A stretch of DNA of 64,000 nt from Myxococcota bacterium (lineage in GTDB: Bacteria > Myxococcota_A > UBA9160 > UBA6930), in the NCBI GenBank assembly GCA_965223415.1, contig OZ245002.1, positions 960,001 through 1,024,000 on the forward strand. The letters run 5' to 3'. The position numbers and the translations under genes are program-made. The notes beneath the pieces are model-generated. The model was not told the origin of the DNA and searched no databases. It was given only the letters and a program-made list of their open reading frames with translations. Shown piece after piece: positions 9,360 through 19,416 of this stretch (positions within the stretch are counted from its first letter, which is position 1; each line of letters starts with the position of its first letter).

Positions 9360-10157
9360 TCAGTCGGGCTCGTGGATCGCCATCACGTTGAAGACGGCGA
9401 ACTGCGGATCCGCGACGACGGCGAAGCGCCCGGGGGCGATGTCGACCGGCGGGACCAGGAGCTGGCCGCCCAGCTCCTGCGCCTGCTTCACGGTCTCGTC
9501 GCAATCGCGCACCGCGAAGTAGACGGCCCAGGCCGGCGGCATGTCGCCCATCTCCGGCTGCCAGGGCAGGATGCCGCCGTTGATGCGGCCGCCGACCTGG
9601 ATCTCCTGGTACCCGCCCTCCGCTCCCTCGGCTGGCGCGATCTTCCAGCCGAAGAGCGGCTCGTAGAAGCGCTTTGCGGCCTCGACGTCCCGCGTGATCA
9701 GCTCGTTCCAGGCGAAGCTGCCGGGCTCGTTCGCGATGGCGGAGCCGGCGTGGCTGCCGGGCTGCCAGAGGGAGATGCGCGCGCCTTCCGGATCGATCAC
9801 GACGGTCATGCGCCCGACCAGGTTGCCGCCCACCTCGATGTCGATCACGGGCATCTGCAGCTCGCCGCCGAGATCTCGGGCGTAGGCCGCCGTGGCGTCG
9901 CAATCCTCGACGGTGACGTAGCTCGACCAGACCGCCGGCATGCCGGTGGCCTTCATCTCGTCGCTCATCACGCCCATGCCGGCGACGTCCTGGCCCGCCA
10001 GCTGGAACATCGTGTAGGCCCCGCCCTGGTCGTCGCGATCGTCGGCGCCCGTCCAGCCGAAGAGCGCGCCGTAGAACGCCTTCGACGCGGCCGGGTCCTT
10101 GCTCATCAGGTCCACCCACGAAAACTGTCCGGGTGCGTAGCGGTCGAAACGGGCCAT
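9360..10157 (-). CDS. Two-domain VOC family protein (CFP32/PhnB-like)
   Basis: PGQFSWVDLMSKD...FYGALFGW and PGSFAWNELITRD...FYEPLFGW; ATG at 10157. Confidence 0.88.
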   Translation of the reverse strand: MARFDRYAPGQFSWVDLMSKDPAASKAFYGALFGWTGADDRDDQGGAYTMFQLAGQDVAGMGVMSDEMKATGMPAVWSSYVTVEDCDATAAYARDLGGELQMPVIDIEVGGNLVGRMTVVIDPEGARISLWQPGSHAGSAIANEPGSFAWNELITRDVEAAKRFYEPLFGWKIAPAEGAEGGYQEIQVGGRINGGILPWQPEMGDMPPAWAVYFAVRDCDETVKQAQELGGQLLVPPVDIAPGRFAVVADPQFAVFNVMAIHEPD

Positions 10158-10283
10158 GAGCGATCCTCCCGTGTGATGCATCGATGCTACGCGCCGCGAG
10201 CCGGGCGCGTCCAGCGCGGACCGGCTCGTTGATGCCAAGCCCTGACACGAGGGGGTATACAGGGGCCCTGAGGAGGATCCTTC

Positions 10284-12269
10284 ATGAGCCGCGCCCCGAC
10301 TCGTCTCGCCCTGGTGCTCGCTTCCTTGCTCGCCGCGTGCGGAGGTGAAGAGGCTCCGCCGCCTCTTCCCTCGGCCCCGGACGCGGACGCCCACGGCCAT
10401 ACGGCGCCCACGGCGGCGACGTTGGCGGCTCGGGAAGCGCGGGTCGCGGGCCTGCCGCTCGGCGACCCCCAGGACCGCGAGGACGCGACGCGCGGGCTCG
10501 TCGCCCGCGACGAAGCCCTCGATCTGGTGTGGGACCGTCCCGCCTACGACTTCGTCGAAGGGGACGCGCCGGACTCGGTGAACCCGAGCCTGTGGCGCCA
10601 GGCGGAACTGAACAACCTGCACGGGCTCTTCGAGGTGGTGCCCGGGATCCACCAGGTGCGCGGCTACGACCTGGCGAACATGAGCCTGATCGAGGGAGAG
10701 ACGGGCTGGATCGTCGTGGATCCGCTCGGCTCGAAGGAGACCGGGACCGCGGCGTTGGCCTTGGCGCGCAAGCACCTGGGCGACAAGCCCGTGCGCGCCG
10801 TGATCCTCACCCACAGCCACGTCGACCACTTCGGCGGCGCGCTCGGCGTGGTGACACCGGCGGATGTCAGCCGGGGGGACGTGCGGATCGTCGCGCCGAG
10901 GGGTTTCCTGCACGAGGCGACGAGCGAGAACCTGCTCGCGGGCCCGGCCATGGCCCGGCGCGCCGCCTTCATGTACGGCTTCCGCCTGCCTCGGAGCCCG
11001 CGTGGGCACCTCGACTCGGGGCTTGGCAAGGAGCCGGGCCGCGGGAGCACGACGATCCTCCCGCCGACGGACCTCGTCGATCGCACGCCCCTGGAGATGA
11101 CCCTCGACGGCGTGCGCTTCGTCTTCCAGTACGCGCCGGAGTCCGAGGCGCCAGCGGAGCTGATGTTCTACCTGCCGGAGCACAAGGCGTTCTGCGGGGC
11201 GGAGGTGGTATCCCGCACGATGCACAACCTCTACACGCTCCGGGGCGCGAAGGTGCGGGACGCGCTGCGCTGGAGCGGATACGTCGACGAGGCGCTGCAG
11301 CTCTTCGGCGCGAAAGCGGAGGTGGCCTTCGCGAGCCACCACTGGCCGACCTGGGGCAACGAACGGATCCGCGCCTACCTGAAGCGGCAGCGCGACACCT
11401 ACAAGTACATCCACGACCAGACCCTGCGCCTGGCCAATGCCGGCTACACCGCCCAGGAGATCGCCGACGCCCTGGAGCTGCCGCCTTCGCTACGCCCCCA
11501 TTTCGGCAACCGCGGCTACTACGGCACCGTGCGCCACAACGCGAAGGCGGTGTACCAGGCCTACTTCGGCTGGTACGACGCGAACCCGGCGCACCTCGAC
11601 CCGCTGGCGCCGGCCGACGCTGCGCTGCGCTACGTGGCTGCGATGGGCGGCGGCGCGACGGTGCTCGAGAAGGCCCAGGCCACCTTCGATCGCGGGGAGT
11701 ACCGCTGGACGGCGATGCTGCTCGATCACCTGGTGTTCGCGGAGCCGGCCAACGACGGCGCGCGGGCGCTCCTCGCGCGCACCTACGACCAGCTCGGCTA
11801 CCAGGCCGAGTCGGCGCCCTGGCGGGACGTCTACCTCTCCGGCGCCTACGAGCTGCGACACGGCCCGCCCCCCGCCGACGCGCCGAGCCCGTTGGCGGGC
11901 GCCGAGGCCATGGTCCGCCACATCCCCGTGGCGCGCTTTCTCGACGCCATGGCCGCCCGGCTGAACGGCCCCGACGCCGCAGATCAGGAGGTGACCGTGA
12001 ACCTGGTCCTGACGGACCTGGGGGAGACTCACGTGCTCGCGATCGAGAACGCGGTCCTCCACCACTGGCAGCGGGAGCCGGCGCCCAACGCCGTGGCCAC
12101 GATCCAGCTCACCCACGGCTTCCTGCTCCGGCTGCTCCTCGGCCAGACGGGCCTGCGCGAGATGATCTTCTCCGACGAGCTCGACGTCGAAGGCAGCCGT
12201 CTCGAGCTGCTGGGCTTCTTCTCCCTCTTCGACCCCATGACCCCCAATTTCCCGATTGTCACGCCCTGA
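10284..12269 (+). CDS. Alkyl sulfatase (SdsA1-like MBL fold with dimerisation and SCP2-like domains), lipoprotein
   Basis: LLAAC lipobox; THSHVDHFGG; NPSLWRQ; HNLYTLRGAKVRDAL; SHHWP; RGYYGT; strong RBS GAGGAGG. Confidence 0.93.
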   Translation: MSRAPTRLALVLASLLAACGGEEAPPPLPSAPDADAHGHTAPTAATLAAREARVAGLPLGDPQDREDATRGLVARDEALDLVWDRPAYDFVEGDAPDSVNPSLWRQAELNNLHGLFEVVPGIHQVRGYDLANMSLIEGETGWIVVDPLGSKETGTAALALARKHLGDKPVRAVILTHSHVDHFGGALGVVTPADVSRGDVRIVAPRGFLHEATSENLLAGPAMARRAAFMYGFRLPRSPRGHLDSGLGKEPGRGSTTILPPTDLVDRTPLEMTLDGVRFVFQYAPESEAPAELMFYLPEHKAFCGAEVVSRTMHNLYTLRGAKVRDALRWSGYVDEALQLFGAKAEVAFASHHWPTWGNERIRAYLKRQRDTYKYIHDQTLRLANAGYTAQEIADALELPPSLRPHFGNRGYYGTVRHNAKAVYQAYFGWYDANPAHLDPLAPADAALRYVAAMGGGATVLEKAQATFDRGEYRWTAMLLDHLVFAEPANDGARALLARTYDQLGYQAESAPWRDVYLSGAYELRHGPPPADAPSPLAGAEAMVRHIPVARFLDAMAARLNGPDAADQEVTVNLVLTDLGETHVLAIENAVLHHWQREPAPNAVATIQLTHGFLLRLLLGQTGLREMIFSDELDVEGSRLELLGFFSLFDPMTPNFPIVTP

Positions 12270-12293
12270 TCCACCCCGGGGAGAATGCAAGTC

Positions 12294-12335
12294 GCAAGGA
12301 ACGTCCCCACTCTGCCGCTCTCGGGGGTGATGACC
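12294..12335. promoter_or_regulatory. 42-bp motif, copy 1 (upstream of the WS/DGAT pair)
   Basis: 35/42 identical to 18101-18142 (GCAAGGAACGTCCCC..TCT..CG.TCTCGGGGGTG.TG.CC). Confidence 0.55.
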
Positions 12336-12445
12336 CGTTCTGCCACGGTTCGCGATCGGGTTCGGGGCGTGAGGCCGCAGATCCCGCGCACGCGTGGGCC
12401 CGACGAGGGAGCGAGCCGGCGCGTCGATTGCAGCGGGATGGCCCC

Positions 12446-13840
12446 ATGAGCCACAGCGAGCCCGTGACGGCGCCGGAACGGCTGCACCTGGACCTCGACG
12501 ACGCCCACGTCCACATGCACGTGGCCGGCGCGTTCCTCTTCGAGCGCGGACCGTTGGCCCAGGGCTCCGGCGTGGACATCGACCGCATCCGCGATTTCGT
12601 CGAGGCCCGGCTCTACCGGGTGCCGCGCTGCCGCCAGCGCCTGTCTCGGGCACCGCTCGGGGACGAGCTGGCCTGGGTGGACGATGCGAGCTTCAACCTC
12701 CAGTACCACGTGCGGCACACCCACCTCCCGCATCCCGGCGACGAGCGGCAGCTGAAGCGGCTGTGCGGCCACATCGCATCCCAGCGCCTCGACCGGGAGA
12801 AGCCGCTCTGGGAGCTCCACGTCGTGGAAGGGCTGGAAGACGACCACTTCGCCCTCGTCGTCAAGGCCCACCAGTGCATCACGGGCGGCCTGTGGGGGAT
12901 CGGACTGATCGAGGCGCTCCTCTCCGAGAGCCCGGAGCCCGACGCCGACGAGCCCGGCCCCGTGTGGCTGCCGCGGCCGGCGCCCTCGGGCCAGGACCTG
13001 CTGCGGAGCGCCGTGGCCCGACGCCTCGAGGCGCCGTGGCAGCTCGGCCGCATCCTGCTCGACGCCGGCCGCGAGCCGGAGCGCATCTGGTCGGAGCTGA
13101 AGAGCGGCCTCGAGGGGTTCCGGGAGACGACGCCCGCCTCCGACTCGCCCTTCAACCAGCCCATCGGCCCCCACCGCCGCTTCGACTGGCTCGTCTCCGA
13201 CGCCGGCCGCGCCCGCGCCGTGGCGGACCGCTTCGGCAGCGGACTCGAGGCGGTGGTCCTCGCGACCCTGGCCGGCGCCATCGGGCGCTTCTTCGAGCAG
13301 CGTGGCATCCCGCGGGCCGATCAGCGCGACTTCCGCCTGCGCGCCGCGATGCCCGAGAAAGCGGGGGGCCTGCTCACCGGCGACACCGGCGGCGACACCC
13401 TCGCCTGGGCGGTGACCGCCCTGCCGATCGCCGAGGCCGACCCGCTGGCCCGGCTGGAGCAGGTGGCCGACGCCCTCGAGGCCTCGGCCCACGTGGGCTA
13501 CGAGCTCTTCTCGGCGGCCAGCGAGTGGCTGTGGCCGGGGCTCTACGGAGCGATGGCGCGACGCCAGCTCGCGAGCCGCGCGTCGAACCTGACCGTCGCG
13601 CTGCTGAACGGCCCGGAGACCGATCGCTACCTGCTGGGCGCCCGCCTCGGCGACGCCTTCCCCCTGCTTCCCCTCGTACCGGAGCAGGCCCTGCGCGTCG
13701 CGGCCTACGTCCGGGGCCCCCGGCTCCACTGGGGCTTCAACTCGGACTGGGACCTGCTCCCGGATCTGCACGACCTGGTACACGCCACCGACGCCTGCTT
13801 CCGCGAGCTGTGCGCCGCCGGCGACGCCCGCGCCGCCTGA
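12446..13840 (+). CDS. Wax ester synthase/DGAT-family protein with degenerate active site
   Basis: WVDDASFNLQYHVRH, LDREKPLWE, PFNQPIGPHRR; HHxxxDG replaced by HQCITGG. Confidence 0.88.
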   Translation: MSHSEPVTAPERLHLDLDDAHVHMHVAGAFLFERGPLAQGSGVDIDRIRDFVEARLYRVPRCRQRLSRAPLGDELAWVDDASFNLQYHVRHTHLPHPGDERQLKRLCGHIASQRLDREKPLWELHVVEGLEDDHFALVVKAHQCITGGLWGIGLIEALLSESPEPDADEPGPVWLPRPAPSGQDLLRSAVARRLEAPWQLGRILLDAGREPERIWSELKSGLEGFRETTPASDSPFNQPIGPHRRFDWLVSDAGRARAVADRFGSGLEAVVLATLAGAIGRFFEQRGIPRADQRDFRLRAAMPEKAGGLLTGDTGGDTLAWAVTALPIAEADPLARLEQVADALEASAHVGYELFSAASEWLWPGLYGAMARRQLASRASNLTVALLNGPETDRYLLGARLGDAFPLLPLVPEQALRVAAYVRGPRLHWGFNSDWDLLPDLHDLVHATDACFRELCAAGDARAA

Positions 13841-13850
13841 GGAACGATGG

Positions 13851-15278
13851 ATGGACCACTACCACTACGAGCGCCTGTCGGCCCAGGACAACGACTTCCT
13901 CGAGTGGGAGACGCCGAGCCTCACCATGCACGGCTCGGGCATCTCGGTCTTCGACGCCGGCCCGCTCACCACGGAGGACGGTGGCATCGACTTCGCCGCG
14001 ATCAAGCGGGGCTTCGCCGCGGTCCTCCACCACGTGCCGCGCTACCGGCAGAAGCTCGCCCGCCTTCCCGGCGACGACCGCCCCTACTGGGTGGACGACG
14101 CGCAGTTCAACATCGACTACCACATGCGCCACATCGCGCTTCCCCGCCCGGGCAGCGACGCCCAGCTGAAGCGCCTGGCCGCCGACATCATGGAGCGCCC
14201 CCTCGACCGGGGCCGCCCGCTGTGGGAGACCTGGGCGATCGAGGGCCTCTCGGGCGACCGCTTCGCGCTGATCTCCAAGACCCACCACTGCATGGTCGAC
14301 GGTGCGTCCGGCATGGGGCTCATGGAGCGCCTGTTCTCGATGAAGCCGGAGTACGAGCTCTCGGAGGCGCCGCGCTTCGTGCCGCGGCCCATGCCCTCGA
14401 GTATGGAGCTCTGGCGGGAAGGCTGGCGGCGGCGCCTCGACCTGCCCGGCCGCGCCCTGCGCGGGCTCCGCGAGTTCGTGGAGGAGAGCGACGACCTGGG
14501 CGACGAGATCCTGTCGCGGCTCAAGGCCGTGCGCGATCTCGCGAAGATGAAGCTCGTACCCGCCTCGGACACGCCGATCAACGGGCCGGTCGGCCCCCAC
14601 CGCATCTTCGACTGGCTCGAGCTCTCCCTGGCGGACTTCAAGGCCGTGCGCCGCGCACGCGACTGCTCGATCAACGACGTGGTGCTCACCACCGTCACGG
14701 GCGCCGTGCGCGAGCTGATGACCCTGCGGCAGGTGCGCCCGGAAAGCCTCGACTTCCGCGTGAGCGCGCCGGTGAACGTGCGTCCGAAGGGCGACGCGGA
14801 GAAGCTCGGCAACCACGTATCCTCCTGGATCGTTCCCCTTCCCCTGGACGAGGCCGAGCCCCTCGAGCAGCTGCGTCGCGTTCACGCCACCACCCAGGGG
14901 CTGAAGGACTCGCACCAGGCAGCGGGCGTCGAGATGATGACCGCTCTCCACGAGTGGATCCCCTTCGACATCCAGGGCGCCTCGACCGGCACCCAGAACA
15001 TGCTGGTCACCAACGTCCCCGGCCCGCCCTTCCCCCTCTACCTGCTGGGCGCGGAGATGTGCGGCCTCTACGCCCAGGCGCCCCTCATCGAGAACATCGG
15101 CCTGGCGGTGAGCGTGATCAGCTACAACGGCAGGCTCGGCTTCGGCTTCAACGCCGACTACGACCGGGTGCCGGACCTCGGCCAGTTCGCCCGGGCGATG
15201 CGGCGTTCCTTCGAGCGGCTCGCGAAGGCGGCGGGGACCGCCCCTGCCGAGCCCGCCCTCGTCGCCGCCGGTCGCTAG
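13851..15278 (+). CDS. Wax ester synthase/DGAT
   Basis: Intact THHCMVDG; LDRGRPLWE; SINDVVL; TNVPGP. Confidence 0.93.
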   Translation: MDHYHYERLSAQDNDFLEWETPSLTMHGSGISVFDAGPLTTEDGGIDFAAIKRGFAAVLHHVPRYRQKLARLPGDDRPYWVDDAQFNIDYHMRHIALPRPGSDAQLKRLAADIMERPLDRGRPLWETWAIEGLSGDRFALISKTHHCMVDGASGMGLMERLFSMKPEYELSEAPRFVPRPMPSSMELWREGWRRRLDLPGRALRGLREFVEESDDLGDEILSRLKAVRDLAKMKLVPASDTPINGPVGPHRIFDWLELSLADFKAVRRARDCSINDVVLTTVTGAVRELMTLRQVRPESLDFRVSAPVNVRPKGDAEKLGNHVSSWIVPLPLDEAEPLEQLRRVHATTQGLKDSHQAAGVEMMTALHEWIPFDIQGASTGTQNMLVTNVPGPPFPLYLLGAEMCGLYAQAPLIENIGLAVSVISYNGRLGFGFNADYDRVPDLGQFARAMRRSFERLAKAAGTAPAEPALVAAGR

Positions 15279-15280
15279 CC

Positions 15281-15309
15281 GTTGCGTTGGGGGCCGGTTC
15301 CGTTCGTTG
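15281..15309 (+). repeat. 29-bp dispersed repeat, copy 1
   Basis: 25/29 identical to 21901-21929; both copies follow a CTAGCC that contains a stop codon. Confidence 0.5.
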
Positions 15310-15642
15310 CGTTCGCGGCTCCCTTCATGCCGAGGCGAGCTCTCCGTGGCCGCGGGCGCGCACGGACTGCACGACGACGTGGGCGAGCGGCTGGCCTCCC
15401 TGGAAGGCGTGGCGCCGGACGAGCGCGGCCGGGAGGGGATCCGCGCCTACGTGCGGACGATGGCGGCGCACCCCGAGTTCTTCCGCTTCATCGTCGGCCA
15501 GGGGAACCGTTCCGACGCCCGCCAGCGCTGGCTGATCGACACGCACGTAGAGCCCGGCGTCCAGCTGATGAAACAGCTCGGGCTGCTCCGCCTGATCGGC
15601 GCTGGCGAGGACGAGCTGCCCCACGCGCTGTTCGCGATGCTA

Positions 15643-16854
15643 GTGTCCTGTTTCGGAAAAAAGTACGCAAAATAGTGCGAACTCCCAACGTGCAGGGGGC
15701 ATCTTACCGGCATCACGTTGGGGGGACGTATGGCGAATCGTGGCCGGCCCAAGACGCCGATTGTGCTGACGGATGCGGAGCGAGAAGAGCTCCAGACGCA
15801 CGCCAGAAGGCGGAAGAGCGCGCATCAGTTGGCCTACCGCTCGCGCATTGTATTGCTCGCAGAGCAGGGGCTGACGAATGGGGAAATCGCGGAACGCGTA
15901 GGCAAGCGACGAGAGACCGTCGGGATCTGGCGCAAGCGCTTCGTCGAAAAGCGGATCGCTGGGCTCTACGACGAGCCCAAGCCGGGAGCGCCCCGGACGG
16001 TGACCGACGAGCAGGTCGATGAGGTCGTGCGCTTGACGCTAGAGGAAACGCCCACGGGAGCGACGCACTGGTCCGTTCGCCTGATGGCGAAGCGGGTAGG
16101 CCTCCCGACGACGACGGTTCATCGCATCTGGCGAGCATTCAGCCTCCAGCCGCACCGAGTCGAGCGCTTCCGGCTCTCCAACGATCCCCATTTTGTGGAC
16201 AAGGTGGTGGATATCGTCGGCCTGTACATGTCTCCGCCGGCGAACGCGGTCGTCCTCTGCGTCGACGAGAAATCGCAGATCCAAGCGCTGGAACGGAACC
16301 AGCCTGTCTTGCCGATGCAACCGGGCCGGGCGGAGCAGCGCACACACGGATACCTACGCCATGGCACGACGACACTCTTTGCCGCACTCAACATCGCAAC
16401 GGGCGAAGTGATCGGATCCCTCCATCGCCGGCACCGCACGGAGGAGTTCCTGAAGTTCCTCAGGACGATCGACGACAACGTACCCGCCGAACTCGACATC
16501 CATCTCGTGCTCGACAACTACACCACGCACAAGACGAAGCGAACTCGGAGCTGGCTCGCGCGCCACCCTCGTTTCCACGTGCACTTCACCCCGACGTACA
16601 GCTCATGGCTGAATCAGGTCGAGCGGTTCTTTGCACTCATCACCGAGCGTTGCATCCGTCGCGGCGTGCATCGCAGCACGAGGGCGCTCGAGAACGACAT
16701 CCGGAGCTTCCTGAAGACGACGAACGACGATCCGAGACCCTTCGTCTGGACCAAGACCGCGGATCAGATCCTCGCGAGTGTGCGGCGCTACTGTGGTCGC
16801 GTCCTCGACGTCCACTCCGATTCTAATCGAGTGGTTTCTTCTGGAACAGGACAC
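15643..16854 (+). mobile_element. IS630-family insertion sequence
   Basis: Terminal IRs GTGTCCTGTTTCGGAAAAAA and (reverse complement) GTGTCCTGTTCCAGAAGAAA; TA duplication at 15641-2 and 16855-6 within CTAG; lower GC than flanks. Confidence 0.93.
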
Positions 16855-16857
16855 TAG
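15730..16857 (+). CDS. IS630-family DDE transposase
   Basis: [49 protein letters not shown]; stop TAG is formed by the duplicated TA plus target G. Confidence 0.96.
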   Translation: MANRGRPKTPIVLTDAEREELQTHARRRKSAHQLAYRSRIVLLAEQGLTNGEIAERVGKRRETVGIWRKRFVEKRIAGLYDEPKPGAPRTVTDEQVDEVVRLTLEETPTGATHWSVRLMAKRVGLPTTTVHRIWRAFSLQPHRVERFRLSNDPHFVDKVVDIVGLYMSPPANAVVLCVDEKSQIQALERNQPVLPMQPGRAEQRTHGYLRHGTTTLFAALNIATGEVIGSLHRRHRTEEFLKFLRTIDDNVPAELDIHLVLDNYTTHKTKRTRSWLARHPRFHVHFTPTYSSWLNQVERFFALITERCIRRGVHRSTRALENDIRSFLKTTNDDPRPFVWTKTADQILASVRRYCGRVLDVHSDSNRVVSSGTGH

Positions 16858-16988
16858 GCGCTGGATCGCTGATCTTCGCGGTGCCGAACAACTGCCGCCG
16901 GCTCACCGACGTCGACCCGCGCAAGCCCGAGGCGATCGAGACCCACGCGAACTTCGTGGCCGACCTGCTGGTGCCGCGCGCGGGCTGA

Positions 16989-18056
16989 TCAGGCGCCGAG
17001 CTTGCGCGCGAACTCCATGGCCCGCCTCGCGATCGGCCGCACCTCTCCCATCTCGGTGGCGTGCTCGCTGGCGGCGGTGCCGTCGCGCACCCGGCCGAGG
17101 ATGCCCTGGACGATGGCGGCGCTGCGGAAGAGGTTGTAGGCGGTGTAGTAGTCGAGGTGGTCCACACGCTCCCGGCCGGTGCCGCGACAGTAGGTCTCGA
17201 CGATCTCGTCTGCCGTCGGAAGGCCGCGCTCGCGAAGCTCCGGGTCGGTGAGCTTCGCCCACGGGCTGCCCGGCGAGTGGCGCGCGGCAAGGGAGTAGGT
17301 GAGATCGCCCAGCGGGTGGCCGATCGTCGCCAGCTCCCAGTCGAGGACCGCGATCACGCGCGGCTCGGTCGGGTGGACGATCGTGTTGTCGAGCTTGAAA
17401 TCGCCGTGGACGAGGCAGGAGGCGTCGTCATCCGGGATGTTCTCGGGCAGCCACTCCATGAGCCGGTCCATCTCCGGGATGGACTCGGTCTCGCTGGCCA
17501 CGTACTGCTTCGACCAGCGGCGGATCTGGCGCGCGAAGTAGTTGCCGGGGCGGCCGAAATCGGCGAGGCCGATGGACTCGGGATCGATGCTGTGCAGGCG
17601 CGCGAGGGTCTCGGTGAGGGAGGTGTAGACGGCCCGCCGCTGGTCCGGCGCCAGCTGGGGAAGGAGCGGATCCCACAGCACGCGGCCCTCGACGCGCTCC
17701 ATCACGTAGAAGGCGGTGCCGATCACCTCCCGGTCCTCGCAAAGGAGGTGGGCGGTGGGCACCGCGTAGTCGACCTGGTTCAGGGCCGCGATCACCCGGT
17801 ACTCGCGGTCGACCGCGTGGGCCGAGGGCAGGAGCTTGCCGGGCGGCTTGCGGCGCAGCACCCAGCGGCCGGAGGGACTCTCGAGCTCGTAGGTAGGGTT
17901 CGACTGGCCGCCCTTGAACTCCCGCACCGCGAGCGGACGGACGAAGCCGGGGAGCCGGCTCGCCAGGTAATCCTCGAGCCGGCCGACGTCGAAGCGGTGG
18001 GGTGCCCGGACCTCTCGGGTCCCGGTGTAGACGGCGTCCAGGTCCTCGATCGGCAT
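16989..18056 (-). CDS. Aminoglycoside-phosphotransferase-like kinase (ACAD10/11 N-terminal type)
   Basis: GGQSNPTY, LRRKPPGKLLPSAHAVDREY, HGDFKLDN, VLDWELATIGHP. Confidence 0.92.
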   Translation of the reverse strand: MPIEDLDAVYTGTREVRAPHRFDVGRLEDYLASRLPGFVRPLAVREFKGGQSNPTYELESPSGRWVLRRKPPGKLLPSAHAVDREYRVIAALNQVDYAVPTAHLLCEDREVIGTAFYVMERVEGRVLWDPLLPQLAPDQRRAVYTSLTETLARLHSIDPESIGLADFGRPGNYFARQIRRWSKQYVASETESIPEMDRLMEWLPENIPDDDASCLVHGDFKLDNTIVHPTEPRVIAVLDWELATIGHPLGDLTYSLAARHSPGSPWAKLTDPELRERGLPTADEIVETYCRGTGRERVDHLDYYTAYNLFRSAAIVQGILGRVRDGTAASEHATEMGEVRPIARRAMEFARKLGA

Positions 18057-18100
18057 GGCGGCATGATAGGGCCCTCCCCTGAGGGCAAGAAGCGCAAGAT

Positions 18101-18142
18101 GCAAGGAACGTCCCCGGTCTTGCGTTCTCGGGGGTGGTGGCC
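18101..18142. promoter_or_regulatory. 42-bp motif, copy 2 (divergent region between kinase and thiolase genes)
   Basis: 35/42 identical to 12294-12335; a possible sigma54-like TGGCA-N8-TGCA lies just downstream at 18146-18161. Confidence 0.55.
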
Positions 18143-18199
18143 TTTTGGCAGGGGGTGTGCAAAAATCTTGCGCCATTCCTATTCGCAGGAGGTCTCCCC

Positions 18200-19396
18200 A
18201 TGGCCCGTGAAGCCGTCATCGTCGACAGCGTCCGCACCGGACTCACCAAGGCCCATCGCGGGTCGTTCAACCTGACCGAGCCGGTGGATTACACCGCCCA
18301 CGCCCTGCGCGAGGTCGTCGCCCGCCAGTCCGGACTCGACGCCGAAGAGGTCGAGGACGTGATCCTCGGCTGCGGCATGCCCGAGGGCTGCCAGGGCATG
18401 AACATGGGGCGGATCGCCGCGATGGCGGCGGGATTCCCGAAGACGGTGGCCGCCACCACCGTGAACCGCTTCTGCTCGTCGGGCTCCCAGGCCGTGGCCA
18501 TGGCCGCCCACCAGATCATCCACGAGGGCGCCGAGGTCGCGATCGGCGCCGGCGTCGAGACGATCACGATGATGCAGGACGGCACCCAGAACACCCACCG
18601 GCTGGCGAACGAGACGGCGAAGAACCGCTTCCCGGGCCTCTACTTCCCGATGGGCGTCACCGCCGAGATCGTTGCCGAGCGCTACGGCATCTCCCGCGAA
18701 GACCAGGACGCCTATTCCCTGCAGAGCCAGCAGCGCTACGCCGCCGCGGTGGACGCGGGCAAGATCGCGGAAGAGATCGCGCCCATGAAGGTCACCCGCC
18801 GGGTCCAGAAGAAGGGCGAGGAGCCCTACGACGAGGACTTCACCGTCGAAAAGGACGAGTGCAACCGGCCGCAGACTACCCTGGAGGGCCTCGCCGGCCT
18901 CCAGCCCGTGTTCAAGCCCGCCGACGAGGGCGGCACGGTCACGGCGGGCAACGCCTCCCAGCTCTCCGACGGCGCCTCGGCCACCCTGCTGATGAGTTCT
19001 GACCGGGCGAAGCAGCTGGGCCTCGAGCCCCTCGGCATCTACCGCGGCGCGGCGGTGGCCGGCTGCGGCCCGGAGGAGATGGGCATCGGCCCCGTCTTCG
19101 CCGTGCCGAAGCTGCTCGAGCGCCACGGCCTCAGCATGGACGACATCGACATCGTCGAGCTGAACGAGGCCTTCGCGTCCCAGCTCCTCTACTGCCAACG
19201 CGAGCTCGGCATCGACAACGACAAGCTCAACCCGCTCGGCGGCTCGATCTCCATCGGCCACCCCTTCGGGATGACCGGCTCGCGCATGACCGGCGCGCTG
19301 CTCCGCGAGCTGAAGCGCCAGAGCAAGCGCTACGGCATCGTCACCATGTGCGTGGGCGGCGGCCAGGGCCTCGCCTCGCTGTTCGAGGCCGCGTAG
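18200..19396 (+). CDS. Acetyl-CoA C-acyltransferase (thiolase)
   Basis: [47 protein letters not shown]. Confidence 0.96.
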   Translation: MAREAVIVDSVRTGLTKAHRGSFNLTEPVDYTAHALREVVARQSGLDAEEVEDVILGCGMPEGCQGMNMGRIAAMAAGFPKTVAATTVNRFCSSGSQAVAMAAHQIIHEGAEVAIGAGVETITMMQDGTQNTHRLANETAKNRFPGLYFPMGVTAEIVAERYGISREDQDAYSLQSQQRYAAAVDAGKIAEEIAPMKVTRRVQKKGEEPYDEDFTVEKDECNRPQTTLEGLAGLQPVFKPADEGGTVTAGNASQLSDGASATLLMSSDRAKQLGLEPLGIYRGAAVAGCGPEEMGIGPVFAVPKLLERHGLSMDDIDIVELNEAFASQLLYCQRELGIDNDKLNPLGGSISIGHPFGMTGSRMTGALLRELKRQSKRYGIVTMCVGGGQGLASLFEAA

Positions 19397-19416
19397 CCCG
19401 AGGGCCAGGAGACCGC

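Larger units (their letters stand above)
15330..16988 (+). pseudogene. TetR-family regulator, N-terminally truncated and interrupted by IS630
   Basis: Removing the IS and one TA restores a continuous frame ...HPEFFRFIV...WLIDTHV...[48 protein letters not shown] (stop 16986-16988); no HTH upstream. Confidence 0.75.

Noticed and set aside
10529..13840. Apparent 1103-aa ORF suggesting a sulfatase-WS/DGAT fusion
   Set aside because: Only 12446-13840 is protein-like; the upstream part is an off-frame read of the sulfatase gene.
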